From: Mobula hypostoma
Taxonomy: Eukaryota
Direction of reading: 5' to 3'
NCBI RefSeq assembly: GCF_963921235.1
Contig: NC_086102.1
Location: 34,782,001 to 34,846,000, forward strand
Length of the DNA stretch: 64,000 nucleotides
In this document: positions 1-13,100 of the stretch, piece by piece
Layout: each line of letters opens with the position of its first letter
How positions within the stretch are numbered: the first letter of the stretch is position 1
Program-made: the position numbers and the translations under genes
The notes under the pieces: model-generated
Told to the model about the DNA's origin: nothing
Databases searched by the model: none
What the model saw: only the letters and a program-made list of their open reading frames with translations

Positions 1-199
1 AATGAATATTTAAAGTAGATGGGATACCAATCCAGAGTTTTTCTGTTCCTGGGCATTGGCAATTCCGATGATCACTTTGTGTGCTCATGTGGTTGGATCA
101 ACTGTGTTTCTGGTCATCCAGATGGGAAACTGGTCCTGGATGGTGTCAGTTTTGTGTTTCAGGTACAGTCAGGTGGAGAGTATTCCAGCACATGTCTGA

Positions 200-770
200 T
201 CTGTGCCTGGCTGTAAATGCTAGAAATGTGCTGTTAGGAGTTTGGTCACCAGCTGCAATATTTGTCAAGGTCAAAAATTTATTATCTAAGTACATATACA
301 ATATGTTAGCATATACTACCTTGAGATTCACCACCTTGCTGGCATTTAAAAGAAAATGAAGAAATACAATAGAATTAATAAAAATCTATACATAAACAAA
401 GAATGGAAAACAAAGGCTGCAAAAGATGACAAACCGTGCAAATAAAAAATAAACAATGCTGCGAACATGGGTTGTAGAAGCCTTGCAGGTGAGTCTGTAG
501 GTTGTGGAATCAGTTCAGAGTTGAGGTGAGTGAAGTTATCCACGCTGGTTCAGGAGCCTGATGGTTGTAGGGTAATAACTGTTCCTGAACCTGGTAGTGT
601 GGAACCTAAGGCTTCTGTACCTCCTGTCTGATTGTAGTAGTGAGAAGAGAGCATTGTGGAGTTCCTTTCTTGTGAATGTGCTCAATGGTGGGAAGGGCTT
701 TGCCTGATAGACTGTGTCCATCACTTTCTGTAGACTTTTCTGTTCCTGGGCATTGGCAATTCCAATGATC
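200..770 (-). mobile_element. Rex1/Babar-like LINE 3' end
   Basis: ORF 536-784 has LLQSDRRYRSLRFHTTRFRNSYYPTTIRLLN, the C-terminus shared with other copies in the window. Confidence 0.7.
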
Positions 771-875
771 TCCTCATGCATCATGTGGTTGGATCATCTG
801 TGTTTCTGGCCGTTTGTGCTCCCTCCCTCCCCAATCTGAAGATGTGAAAAGCAATGGAATGACATTTTCTCTCAA

Positions 876-2033
876 TGTGAGTCAATCTGTAGACGCTGCA
901 AATCCAAAGCACACACACAAAATGCTGGAGAAACTCAGCAGGCCAAGCAGCGTCTACTGTACCGTCAACACTTTGGGCCAAGACCCTTCAGCAGGGCTGG
1001 AGAAAAAAAATGGGTAGATTTAAAAGGTGGGGTGAGGGGAGAGAGAACCACAGGGTGATAGGTGAAACCAGGAGGGGGAGGCATGAAGTAAAGAGCTGGG
1101 ACGTTGATTGGTGAAAGTGATACAGGGCTGGAGGAGGGGGAGTCCGATAAGAGAGAACAGTAAAACATGGAAGAAAGAAAAGTGGGGGAGGAGCACCAGG
1201 GGGAGGTGATGGGCAAGCACGGAGATAAGGTGAGAGAGGGAAAAGGGGAAGGAGAGGGGTGGGGGCCATTACCGGAAGTTTGAGGAATTGATGTTCATGC
1301 CATCAGGCTGGAGGCACCTAGACAGAATATAAGATGTTGTTCCTCTAATCTGCGTGTGGCCTCATCACAACAGTAGAGGAGGCCATAGACTGACATGTCA
1401 GAATGGGAATGGGAGGTGGAATTAAAATGGGTGGCCACTGGGACCTCCAACTTGAGTGTCGCCTCATTGTGACAGAAGAGGATATATCCCATTACCATGC
1501 AGATATGTCCCGGTGGGCATCCATTTTAATTCCACTTCCTATTCCCATTCTGATATGTTAATCCATGGGCTCCTCTATTATCGTGATGAGGCCACACTCA
1601 GGTTGGAGGAACAACACCATATATTCCAACTGGGTAACCTCCAACCTAGTGGCATGAACATTGATTTCTCGAACTTCTGGTAATGCCCCCCGCTGCCCCT
1701 TCCTCATCGTCTTTGCCCTCTCTCACTTTATCTCTTTGCCTGCCCATCGCCTCCCTATGGTGCTCCTTCCCCCTTTTCTTTCTTCCATGGCCTTCTGTCC
1801 TCTCCTATCAGACTCCCCCTTCTCCATCCCTGTATCTCTTCCACCCATCAACTTTCTAGATCTTCACTTCATCCTTTGCCCTCCCAGTTTCACCGATCAC
1901 CCTGTGCTTCTGCCTCCCCTCCCCCAACCTTCTAACTCATCTTTTTTTTCTCCAGTCCTACCGAAACATCAACTGTACTTTTTTCCCATAGATGCTGCCT
2001 GGCCTGCAGAATTCCTCCAGCATTTTGTGTGTT
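876..2033. mobile_element. Old PLE head-to-head inverted pair
   Basis: Both arms encode the GIY-YIG C-terminus (PVATHFNSTSHSHSD...RLEEQHLIF) in opposite directions; decayed HHRs; degenerate TSD 857-875 / 2034-2052. Confidence 0.8.
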
Positions 2034-2291
2034 GAATGACGTTGACTATCAAGAAAAGGTAACTTGAGTCTCTGATGGTGGAGAGGGTCATGGCCTGTTA
2101 CTTTTGTGGCATGAACATTAGTTACCACTTAAGTATGTGCCAGAATGTTGTTGAGGTCTTGCTGTAAGCAGGCACAGGCTCCCTCATTTAATGAGAACTT
2201 GTGAATGGAAATGAACATCCTGCTGTCATCAGTAAACAAACAACCTTCTGAATTTCAGGTGGAAGGAAGATAGTTGATGAAAGAGATGAAG

Positions 2292-2381
2292 ATGGTTCAC
2301 TGGAATACAAATTCGGTAACAAGCAAGATTTCCAATATGGTTCACTGGAATACAAATTCGGTAACAAGCAAGATTTCCAAT
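2292..2381 (+). repeat. 45-bp perfect tandem duplication
   Basis: ATGGTTCACTGGAATACAAATTCGGTAACAAGCAAGATTTCCAAT x2. Confidence 0.95.
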
Positions 2382-2872
2382 CCCCATTCCCATTTCGACA
2401 CGTTGGCCACCATGAGGCCACTCTCAGGTAGGGGGAGCTCATTCCGTTTGTGTAGCCTCTGACCTGATTGTATCAACATCCATTTCCCTAACTTCTGATA
2501 ATTTTTCCCCTCCCCCCAACTCCCCATTTCCTCTCCCCCGGTGCCCCTCTTCCTTCCTTTTTCCCCCATAGTCTACTCACCTCTCCTATCAGATTCCTTC
2601 TTCTCTGGCCCGCTGCCTTTACTAACCATCACCTCCCAGCCTCTTACTTCATCCCCTCTCCCCTACCCACCTGGCTTCACCTTTTAGCTTCTACGCCTTC
2701 CCCTCTCCCCATTTTGACTTCCCTTTTCTTTTCCAGTCATGATGAAGCGTCTTGGCCAGAAACATCAACTGTTTATTCATTTCCAAAGACACTGCCTGAC
2801 CTGCTGAGTTTCCCCAGAATTTTGTATGTATTACTCCAGATTTCCAACATCTACAGAAGCTCTTGTGTTTAT
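2382..2872 (+). mobile_element. PLE 3' fragment with decayed HHR
   Basis: Same 3' ORF end, pyrimidine tract and tail as the other copies; HHR remnant near 2734-2771. Confidence 0.75.
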
Positions 2873-4542
2873 CGTTTACAGGATGTTTATCATATGTTCT
2901 GTACCTTAATTCTGTAGAAAACCTCAGGAGGACTTTATATTTCATAGCAATTTTCTGTGTTCATAATGCAGATAAACTTTGCTCTTATCTTAGCTCATCT
3001 GTCCCTGAAACTCTTACCCTTGCCTTTCACTAGCAGCCTCTCTCATTCGGTGCTTTAGAAACATGTCATCCAAACCACTGCTACCCATGGATTCATTTGT
3101 TGTGAATATTATTTGCCAGTTATGCCATGAGCTGTTAAGAGCCTATCTCCAAAATAGGTTAATTACCTCCCTCTTTCTAAACAATCTTAAATAATCTACC
3201 TTCGTGGGTCATTTAATTTAATCTTTTTATGTAGCACAGATTAGAACGTGTTTGGTAACTTTCTTTACCACCTTTAACATTTCAAAATGTGCAGATAGGT
3301 GCTATAGAAAACGAAGCTGCGTTTTCACATAGTTGCTATAGAAAGGGATGCTGCATTTTACTTGCCGCTGCAGAGTATCCTGGGCCTGCAATCATTGAAT
3401 GAAGCAAGAAAAGTGAAGCATATTGTATCCTTTTTCAAGTGTTCCCCCCCCCACTATACTTTCTGAAGAAAGCAGGCACGTGAAACACCAATTAGAAATC
3501 ACTGAGATGAAGTGGTTACTAGAAAGGAAAAAGATCATAAAAGAATTTACATTTAAATTTAAAATAGAGACAGATATTTTATTGATCCTAAAGGAAATTA
3601 CAGTGTCACAGTAGCATTACAAATACAATATTAGAAATTTAAAAATCTGAATAAGTTACCTTAAGTAGTCTAACAGGAGGGGTCATCACATCCCCAGCTA
3701 TAGGTTGACTCCTGATAGAGCCTAATGGCAGAGGGCAAGAATGGTCACAAATAGGGATATTCAAAACTGAACTTTATCCATAAAATATTTAGAATACAGA
3801 AAGTGCTGAAATAGGAAGTGATCAAAGCAAACATCATAGGCCAAGGCATAGGTAAATACCATCAGAGAGAAAGAAACAAAGTACTGTATTTAAAGAGAGG
3901 CCTAAGAAAGCAGTAGAGTTATTTAAGGAAAACTACCAAATCATATTGAGAATGACAGGTGTTATGATTTGTCAGCATCTCAAAGTTTATCCCCTAACCC
4001 ACAACATCCTGCTTTTCCTTTGTCACTATGCTGAAATTCCCAAATTTTCCCGGTCTCTCTACTTCAGAAATCTCGACCATGAAGAAATATTCTTCACTAG
4101 ATGAAAGGAAGTTCAACACACAATTTGAATACCCAATGGACGTTCTTCATACATGCACCTACACTGTTAATGCTAGAGGTCTATTTTGCAATCACAGTGG
4201 GCCATATGAAATTAAGCTGCTATAGTTCAGTACAGCATCCATATATTAAATGGGATTTGTATCATGTTTTGTCATTCACTTTTAAGCAATCAAATCTTTT
4301 CACTGAAGTGGAAGTTTGTGATATACCAGGTAAAATTCTTACACTTTAAAAAGTGAGGTAGATTTTCATCATAACTGCTTTGGACCACAAGACGCGGGAG
4401 CAGAATTAGGCTATTTGGCTCAACGAGTCTGCTCTGCCATTTCATCATGGCTGATCTTGTTCCCCCCCCACCCCACCCCAGCCCCACTCCACCGTCTTCT
4501 CCATGTAACCTTTGGTGCTGTGTCCAATCAACAACCTGTCAA

Positions 4543-4674
4543 CATTCACAACATACTGGAGGAACTCAGCAGGTCAGGCAGCATCTGTGGAAAAAGGCTG
4601 CCTGACCTGCTGAGTTCCTCCAGCGTGTTGTGAGTGTTGCTTTGACCCCAGCATCTGCAGAGTATTTTGTGTTT
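4543..4674. mobile_element. Mini inverted PLE terminus inserted in a CR1 3' fragment (about 4385-4843)
   Basis: 40-bp arms at 4543-4582 and 4597-4636 plus tail; TSD AACAACCTGTCAA / AAGAATCTGTCAA at 4530-4542 and 4675-4687. Confidence 0.8.
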
Positions 4675-4938
4675 AAGAATCTGTCAAGCTCTGCCTTAAT
4701 TACACCCAATGACCTGGCCTCCACAACTGCCTGTGGTAATAAATTCCACAAATTCACCACCCTCTGGCTAAAGAAATTTCTCCACATCTGTTTTAAATGG
4801 ATGCCCCTCTATACTGAGCCTGTGCCCTCTTGTCCTAGACTCCGAGCAAATTCAGAAACACAGATTGTGGAAAGGCGCAACACACATAAAAGTTGATGGT
4901 GAACGCAGCAGGCCAGGCAGCATCTCTAGGAAGAGGTG

Positions 4939-4976
4939 CAGTCGACGTTTCAGGCCGAGACCCTTCGTCAGGACTA
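4939..4976 (-). ncRNA. Minimal type I hammerhead ribozyme motif
   Basis: TAGTC-CTGACGA-AGG GTCTCGG CCT-GAAA-CG-TC-GACTG. Confidence 0.8.
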
Positions 4977-5891
4977 ACTGAAGGAAGAGTGAGTAAGGGA
5001 TTTGAAAGCTGGAGGGGGAGGGGGAGACCCAAAATGATAGGAGAAGACAGGAGGGGGAGGGATAGAGCCAAGAGCTGGACAGGTGATAGGCAAAAGGGAT
5101 AAGAGAGGATCATGGGACAGGAGGTCTGGGAAGAAAGACCGGGGGGGGGGACCCAGAGGATGGGCAAGGGGTATATTCAGAGGGACAGAGGGAGAAAAAG
5201 GAGAGTGAGAGAAAGAATGTGTGTATAAAAATAAGTAACAGATGGGGTACGAGGGGGAGGTGGGGCATTAGCGGAAGTTAGAGAAGTCGATGTTCATGCC
5301 ATCAGGTTGGAGGCTACCCAGACGGAATATAAGGTGTTGTTCCTCCAACCTGAGTGTGGCTTCATCTTGACAGTAGAGGAGGCCGTGGATAGACATGTCA
5401 GAATGGCCAGAGAAAGCAGGATCTCCCAGTGGCCACACATTGTAATTCCACATCCCATTCCCATTCTGACATGTCTATCCATGGCCTCCTCTACTGTAAA
5501 GATGAAGCCACACTCAGGTTGGAGGAACAACATCTTATATTCCGTCTGGGTAGCCTCCAACCTGATGGCATGAACATCGACTTCTCTAACTTCCGCTAAT
5601 GCCCCACCTCCCCCTCGTACCCCATCTGTTACTTATTTTTATACACACATTCTTTCTCTCACTCTCCTTTTTCTCCCTCTGTCCCTCTGAATATACTCCT
5701 TGCCCATCCTCTGGGTTCCCCCCCCCTTGTCTTTCTTCCCGGACCTCCTGTCCCATGATCCTCTCTTATCCCTTTTGCCTATCACCTGTCCAGCTCTTGG
5801 CTCCATCCCTCCCCCTCCTGTCTTCTCCTATCATTTTGGATCTCCCCCTCCCCCTCCAACTTTCAAATCCCTTACTCACTCTTCCTTCAGT

Positions 5892-5929
5892 TAGTCCTGA
5901 CGAAAGGTCTCGGCCTGAAACGTCGACTG
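5892..5929 (+). ncRNA. Minimal type I hammerhead ribozyme motif
   Basis: TAGTC-CTGACGA-A-AGG TCTCGG CCT-GAAA-CG-TC-GACTG. Confidence 0.8.
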
Positions 5930-6865
5930 TACCTCTTCCTAGAGATGCTGCCTGGCCTGCTGCGTTCACCAGCAACTTTTATGTGTGTTGCTTGAATTTC
6001 CAGCATCTGCAGAATTCCTGTTGTTTGTGGAAAGGGGTTTATCTCTGATGCACAAGTCAATGAATCCGCTTGTTGCATTACATTACTGAGAAATGAGGAG
6101 CATGCCTTTGATTTTCCAAGCATTTATTGCCATGTGAGAAAATCAGTTGATCTCCTACCTCAGTTATTTTCCTGCACCATTCCCATATCCTTGATTCTAT
6201 TAGCATCTAGTAATCTATCCATCTGTTTTCACAGAGTTTGATTACTGAGCATCCAGAGATAGCAAATTGCAAAGGTTCACCTTCTGCTGTGTGAAGAAAT
6301 TTCTTCTTATCTTGGCCCCAAATAGCCTACACCATATTCTGAGACTGAGATCCCTCCTTGCTAGACGTCTCAACTCCATGCACAACAAGAGTCGAATTCC
6401 CGGAAGGACAGGACGTCTGAGGCAGCACTGTCATCCTTGTGTCTATCCGAGTATCCAAAACCATTAAATATCTTAAAACTTTGGATAAATTGTAAAACCG
6501 GCCTTATTTTACTTACTTGGCATGCAAATTGAATCAACTATTTTTTAGATTTATTTTATTTTTCGCAGTCCCAATTTAAGTTCAAATGTCGAAGGAAATG
6601 AATTATAATTAAAATTATTATATGGTTTCACGTGAATTAATGAATGTGACACAACACTAAAACCGATGTTTTTATGTGAGGAAATTCTTGCGAGCAAGAG
6701 TATGAAGCCAGCAAAACTGAAAGAACACCTCACGTCTGTTCATCCTGAAAATGTGTTTTTCCCCCTATGTGAAGAAAGCTCAATTCGAAAAAGTTGGGAC
6801 ACTTCCACAACTTGGATTTGCCATTTTATAAAAACCATTTCTTGAAACATCCTATGAAGTTGTTT

Positions 6866-7003
6866 GCCAGTCCTGCTGAAGGGTTTCAGCTCCAAACGTC
6901 AACTGTACTCTTTTCCTAGATGCTACCTGGCTTGCTGAGTTCCTCCAGCATTTTGTGTGCATTTTCCGGATATCCAGCATCTGCAGATTTTCTCTTGTTT
7001 GTG
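6866..7003 (+). mobile_element. Short PLE terminus with decayed HHR
   Basis: CAGTC-CTGCTGA-...-CAAA-CGTC-AACTG followed by the standard tail. Confidence 0.75.
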
Positions 7004-7641
7004 ATTGTCCATAAAGTTGCTTACTGGATTGCCAAGCAAAAGAAGCCCCACACTATTGGAAAGACTTTTGGAAAGCCATGTGCACTGGAAATAGTCGAGC
7101 TGGTTTTTTGGACTGGAACCGAGGGGAAAAAACTGGAAGCGATTCTCTTATCAGATAATGTGATGTGTTCTAGAATAGTTGCTATTTCTTTTAATGTTTT
7201 AAAGCAGGCTATTGAAGAATTAGCAGCCTCAATTCCCATTCAATCTGCTATGGGATAAAATGTCAGATAGCTCTCATTGTAGTTAGGTCCGTGTTTTTTG
7301 TTTGTTATGTGCATGCTGACGCCAAAGGATTCTATTTTGTGGGTCCCTTTTGGAAACTGCAAAGACTGTCGATGTTTTTGAAATGGTAATTTTTTTTTGC
7401 CAAACAAAACTGACTGGAAAGAAAAACTTCATACTCTTTGCACAGATGGAGCTCCTGTGATACTTGGTAATACGTCTGGGTTTCTGCTTTAGTAAAAAGG
7501 AAGCTCCTCACGTCGTCACTACTCGCTTCCCCCCCACACAGACATACAAAGACTCTTCCAACGACCCTGACAGAAATATTGTCAACAGCCATAAACGTCA
7601 CCAACTTTATCAGAAGCTGGTCTCTGAATAATCACCTTTTC

Positions 7642-8707
7642 TGCCGTCATCAATGATGCCCTCACCCGCATCTCCTCCATTTCCTGCACTTTGGCCCTCA
7701 TCCCATCCTCCCACCACCACAACAGGGACAGAGTTCCCCTTGTCCTCACCTACGACCCCACCAGCCTCTGGATCCAACACATTATCCTCCGCAACTTCTG
7801 CCACCTTCAACAAGACCCCACCACTAAGCACATCTTTCCCTCTCCACCCCTCTCCGCTTTCTGCAGGGTTCAGTCCCTCTGTGACTCCCTGATCCACACG
7901 TTCCTCCTCACGGATCTCCCACCCGGCACTTATCCCTGTAAGCGTAAGTGCTACACCTGTCCCTACACCTCCTCTCTTGCCACCATTCAGGCAACACCTC
8001 ACTTGTGAGTCTGTTGGGGTCACCTATTGCATCCGGTGCTCCCGGTGTGGCCTCCTCTACATCGGTGAAACCCAACGCAGATTGGGGGACCGCTTCGTCG
8101 AGCGCCTCCGCTCCATCCGCCGCAACAGACAGGATCTCCCGGTTGCCACCCACTTCAACTCTGCTTCCCATTCCCATTCGGATAGGTCCATACATGGCCT
8201 CCTCTACTGCCATGATGAGGCTAAACTCAGGTTGGAGGAGCAACAGCTCGCATACCGACTAGGTAGTCTCCAGCCCCTTGGTATGAACGTAGAATTCTCC
8301 AACTTCCGGTAATTCCTTCCCCCTCCCTTCCCCTATCCCTAAGTCACTCTGCCCCCTCCCCCAGCTGCCTACCACCTCCCTCATGGTTCCGCCTCCTTCT
8401 ACTACCCATTGTGTTTTCCCCTATTCCTTCTTCACCTTTCCTGCCTATCACCTCCCTGCCTCCCTTCTCCCACCCCTTTGTCTTTCCCCTTACTGGTTTT
8501 TCACCTGGAACCTTCCAGCTTTCTCCTTCCCTCCCTCCCCCCACCTTCTTTATAGGGCCTCGGCCCCTTCCCTCTACAGTCCTGACGAGGGTTTCCGGCC
8601 CGAAACATTGACTGATCATTTCCATGGATGTTGCCCGACCTGCTGAGTTCCTCCAGCGTGTTGTGAGTGTTGCTTTGACCCCAGCATCTGCAGAGTATTT
8701 TGTGTTT
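7642..8707 (+). mobile_element. 5'-truncated PLE with GIY-YIG endonuclease remnant
   Basis: ORF 7977-8312 reads VTYCIRCSRCGLLYIGETQRRLGDRFVERLRSI...VATHF (GIY-YIG); upstream Cys-rich linker; HHR and tail. Confidence 0.92.
8577..8614 (+). ncRNA. Minimal type I hammerhead ribozyme motif
   Basis: CAGTC-CTGACGA-GGG TTTCCGG CCC-GAAA-CA-TT-GACTG; perfect 5-bp stem I; CGTC decayed to CATT. Confidence 0.7.
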
Positions 8708-8772
8708 ACATTTTCAAGAGACCTTGTTGAGAAATGGGTGCATAATAAGAAGTGCGTGGTAGAGAAGTTCAC

Positions 8773-9090
8773 TGTGATGAGAATCCTTGACGAGGATGGC
8801 TTGAACCCAAATGCTGGAGTTTCTGAGACTAGGATCGAGACAAGGTTTCAAACCAGATAGAGAATCTGCACACAAAGCAAACATGAGACGAAATCACGAG
8901 TAGGCTTACGATTGAGCACTGAACATCACTTCAGGTGCTCCTTAAATGGTCAATCCTTGGCATCCAGAACGTGGTTGTCAATTAGCAGGACTATCCTGAA
9001 TCTTTAAAGGGGCCGTGCCAGCTATCCATACTCCGGGAACTGGAGCGTCTGAACCTCGGAAGCTGGTGCGAATGGGTATGTGTTGTAACA
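8773..9090. mobile_element. Probable solo LTR
   Basis: TGTGA...TAACA termini, 318 bp, 5-bp TSD TTCAC/CTCAC; splits the hAT EVxWLSRG motif. Confidence 0.65.
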
Positions 9091-10110
9091 CTCACTGGCT
9101 TTCAAGAGGACAAGTCTTGAAGGCTTGTTCGAACTAAGAACATAAGTTTCACTTCTTCTGAACAAAAAAGAAAACCCAGTATTGGAACAATTTGAAGAAA
9201 AGATTGTATCAATGGGTTGGCTTACCTAGAAGATATTTTTATTCATAATGAATAAAATAAGTCTTTCAAATCCAGGTCCTGAAATCACCATAATGTTTGC
9301 TACTGAAAAATTACAAGATTTCTTGTCTAAGCTGCTAATAAGGAAGGAGAGAGTAGAGACCAACATCTTCGCAAACTTCCCAATGCTGCAGGAAGTGCTT
9401 TACCAAAATTCTCTGTCAATTTCTTTGAAGAGAGACGTCAGCAAACACCTGGAAACACTTCAGAACTCTTTCAAAAGTTATTTCCATCTTAATGGCATTA
9501 ATATTCAACCATGGATCTGCAGTCCTTTTCTTTCTGATATAAACTGTCTTGCAGATATTGATCTAGACAAAGATGAATTCATTGACCTTAGGACAAAAAC
9601 TTACTACACTTGGAGTTTAATGCAAAAGCCATGGAGTATTCTGGTGTTCCTTGAGAGAAGCCTACCCTCGCCTTGTAAAGCGAGCTATGAAAGCTTTAAT
9701 TCCATTTGCAACAACTTATCTTTGGAAATCAGGATTTTCAGAACTTGTAACCATTAAAACAAAAAATCCAGATCGATAGGATGTCCAACATAACACACAT
9801 GTTGCTTTGTCAGAGAACAAACCATAGTTTAATGTTCTTATTGAAGGTGAGCAACAACAGCCTTCACACTGATGTGTCTTTAAAATAAATTTTAACTTCC
9901 CTATATTTTCTATGTATAGTCTTGTTATTTAATGCATTAATAAATCACATACAGTATATTACTATATCGCAAATCAGTCTTTTAAATATTTTGATATCTG
10001 TATTTCAATATATTGCTTTCTTTTGCAATCCTATATATTTTATTTTATATATTTAAATACATTATTATGAGAAGGGGTCCATAGGCTTCACCAGACTGCC
10101 AAAGGGGTCC

Positions 10111-13100
10111 TTAAGGCCTTAAAATATAGGAGCAGAATTAGGCATTTGACCCATTGAGTCTGCTCCGCCATTTCATCATGGCTGATCAATTCCCTCTCAG
10201 TCTCAGTCTCCTGCCTTCTCCCCTTATCCCTTGATGCACTGACTAATCAAGAATCTATGAACTCCAATGACTTGACTTCCAGTCATCTGAGGCAACAAAT
10301 TTCACAGATTCATCACTCTTTGGCTAAAGAAATTCCTTCTCATCTCTATTCTAAATGGACATCCCACTATTCTGATGCTGTGTCATCTGGTCTTAGACTC
10401 CCCCACCATAGGAAACATCCTCTCCACATCCACTCCATCAAAGCCTTTGAACATTCAATGAGATTTCCCCCTCATTCATCTGAATTCCAGTGAGTAGAGG
10501 CCCAGGGCCATCAAGTGCTCCTCATACGTTAAGCTTTTCAATCCCAGAATCATTTTTGTGAACCTCCTTTGAACCCGCTCCAGTGTCAGCACTTCCTGTC
10601 TTAGATAAGGGGCCCAAAACTGCTCACAATTACGCCAAGTGAGGTCTCACCAGTGCCTTATAAAGCTTCAACATTACATCCTTGCTTTTATATTCTAGTC
10701 ATCTCAAAATGAATTTGTGTATTTGCATTCCTCACCACCAACTGAACCTATAAATTGACCTTCAGGAAATCTTGCACAAGGACTCCTAAGTTCCTTTGTG
10801 CCTCAGATTTTTGAATTTTTCTCCACTTAGGAAATAGTCTATGCTATTATTTCTTCAAAAAAAAGTGCATGACCAAACACTTCCCAACACTGTATTCCAT
10901 CTGCTCATTCTCCCAATCTGTCTAAGTCTTCTGTAGCCACTCTGCTTCTTCAAAACTATCTGCCCCTCCACCTATCTTCGTATTGTCTGCAAACCTGGCC
11001 ACAAAGCCATCAATTCCATCATCCAAATCATTGATATATAACGTGAAAAGAAGTGGTCCCAATGCAGACCCTTGTGGAACACCACTAGTCACTGGCAGCC
11101 AACCAGAAAAGGCACCCTTTAATCTCACACTTTGCCTCCTGCAAATCTGCAAATGCTCGATACATGCTAGTATCTTTCCCTTAATACCATGGGCTCTTAA
11201 CTTGCTAAACATCCTCACATGTGGCATCTTGTCAAAGGCCTTTTGAAAATCCAAGGACACAACATCCATCAATTCTCCTTTGTCTATCCCACTTGTTATT
11301 TCTTTAAAGAATTCCAACAGATTTGTCAGGCGAGATTTTCCCTTATGGAAACTATGCTGACTATGGTCTATCTGTTGTTTCATGTGCCTCCAAGTACCCC
11401 AAACCACATCCTTAACAATCGACTTCTACATCTTCTCAATCATTGATATCAGGCTAAGTGGCCTATAATTTCCTTTCTTCTGCCTCTCTCCCTTCTTGAA
11501 GAGTGGTGTGACATTTGCAATTTTCCAATCCTCTGGAACCCTCAGAGTCCATTGATTCTTGAAAGATCATTTCTAATGCCTCCACAATCTCTTCAGTCAC
11601 CTCTTTCAGAACCCTGGGGTATAGTCCATTTCAGTTCAGATCTTTCAGTTCCCCAAGCACCTTCTCTCCAGTAATGGCAACTTCACACACTTCTGTTAAA
11701 CTTCTAGCATACAGCTAATGTCTTTCACAGTGAAGACTGATGCAAAATACTTATTCAGTTCATTTGCTATTTCCTTGTCTCCAATTATTACCTCTCTAGC
11801 ATCATTTTTCAGCACTACGATATCTACTCTCGCCTTTCTTTTACACTTTATATATCTGAAGAAACCTTTGGTATCCTCTTTAATATTATTGGCTAACTTA
11901 CCTTTGTATTCCATCTTTTTCTTCTTGATTTTTTTAGTTGTCTTCTGTTGGTTTTTTAAAGCTTCCGCTCCTCTAACTTCTCACTAATTTTTGCCCTGCA
12001 AAAATCTTTTTATTTTATGTTGGTTTTATTTCAGCCATTGTTGCATCATCCTACCTTTAGAATACTTCTTCTCTGGGATGTATCTCTCCTGCACCTTCCA
12101 AACTGCTCCCAGAAACTCCAGTCATTGCTGCTCTGTCATCATTTCTGCTAGTGTTCCTTTCCACTTAACTTTGGCCAGCTCCTCTCTTATGTCTCTGTAA
12201 TTCCCTTTTCTCCACTGCAATAGTGATACATCTGACTTTAGCTTCTCCTCCTCAAATTGCAGGGTGAATTCTATCATATTATGATCACTGACCCCTAAAG
12301 GTTCCTTTACCTTAAGTTCTTTAATCAATTCTGGTTCATTGCACAACACGCAATTCAGAAGAGCTGATACCCTAGTGGATTCAGCCATAAGCTGCTCTAA
12401 AAGCCATCTCGTAGGCATTATACAAATTCCACCTCTTGGGATCCAGCACCAACCTGATTTTCCTAATCTACCTGAACTTTGAAATCCCCCATGACCATCA
12501 AAACATTGCTCTTTTGACATGCATTTTCTATCTCTTGTAATTTATAGGCCACAACTTTACTACTGTTTGAGGTCTGTATATAGCTCCCATCAGGGACTTT
12601 TTACCCTTGCAGTTCCTTAACTCTACCTGCAATTCTACACCTTCCAATGCTACGTCACCTCTAATGATTTGATTTCATTTTTTTTAACCACTGGTCAGAC
12701 TACAACCAGAGGTCATGGCTTAAGGGTGAAAGGTGAAAAGTATAAGGGGAACATGAGCGGAAACTTCTTCACTCGGAGGGTTGTGAGAGTGTGGAATGAG
12801 CTGCCAGCACAAGTGGTCCATGGATAGTAGGGTATCGAGGGCTATGGTTCAGGTGCAGATTGTTGGGTGTGGGCAATTTAAATGTTTTCCGCTATAACAA
12901 TGACTCTACCAACAGAGCCACGCCACCCCCTCTGCCTACTTGCCTGTCCTTTTGATATAATATGTATCTTTGGACATTAAGCTCCCAGCTCTAATCTTCT
13001 TTCAGCATCCATTCAGTGAAGCCCACGATGTAATACACACCAATCTGAAAATGGGCTACAAGTTCATCTATCTTGTTCTGTATACTGTGTGCATTGAAAT

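Larger units (their letters stand above)
4876..6024. mobile_element. Young PLE head-to-head inverted pair with two intact HHR motifs
   Basis: About 530-bp near-identical inverted arms; TSD TTGTGGAAAGG at 4865-4875 and 6025-6035. Confidence 0.92.

Noticed and set aside
2292-2381. CRISPR-like repeat
   Set aside because: Two adjacent units with no spacer in eukaryotic DNA
7633-8715. TSD for the GIY-YIG-bearing PLE copy
   Set aside because: ACCTTTTC versus ACATTTTC is too short and imperfect to call
6920-9757. Domesticated ZBED5/Buster host gene
   Set aside because: Multiple stops, frameshifts and nested insertions show a dead transposon
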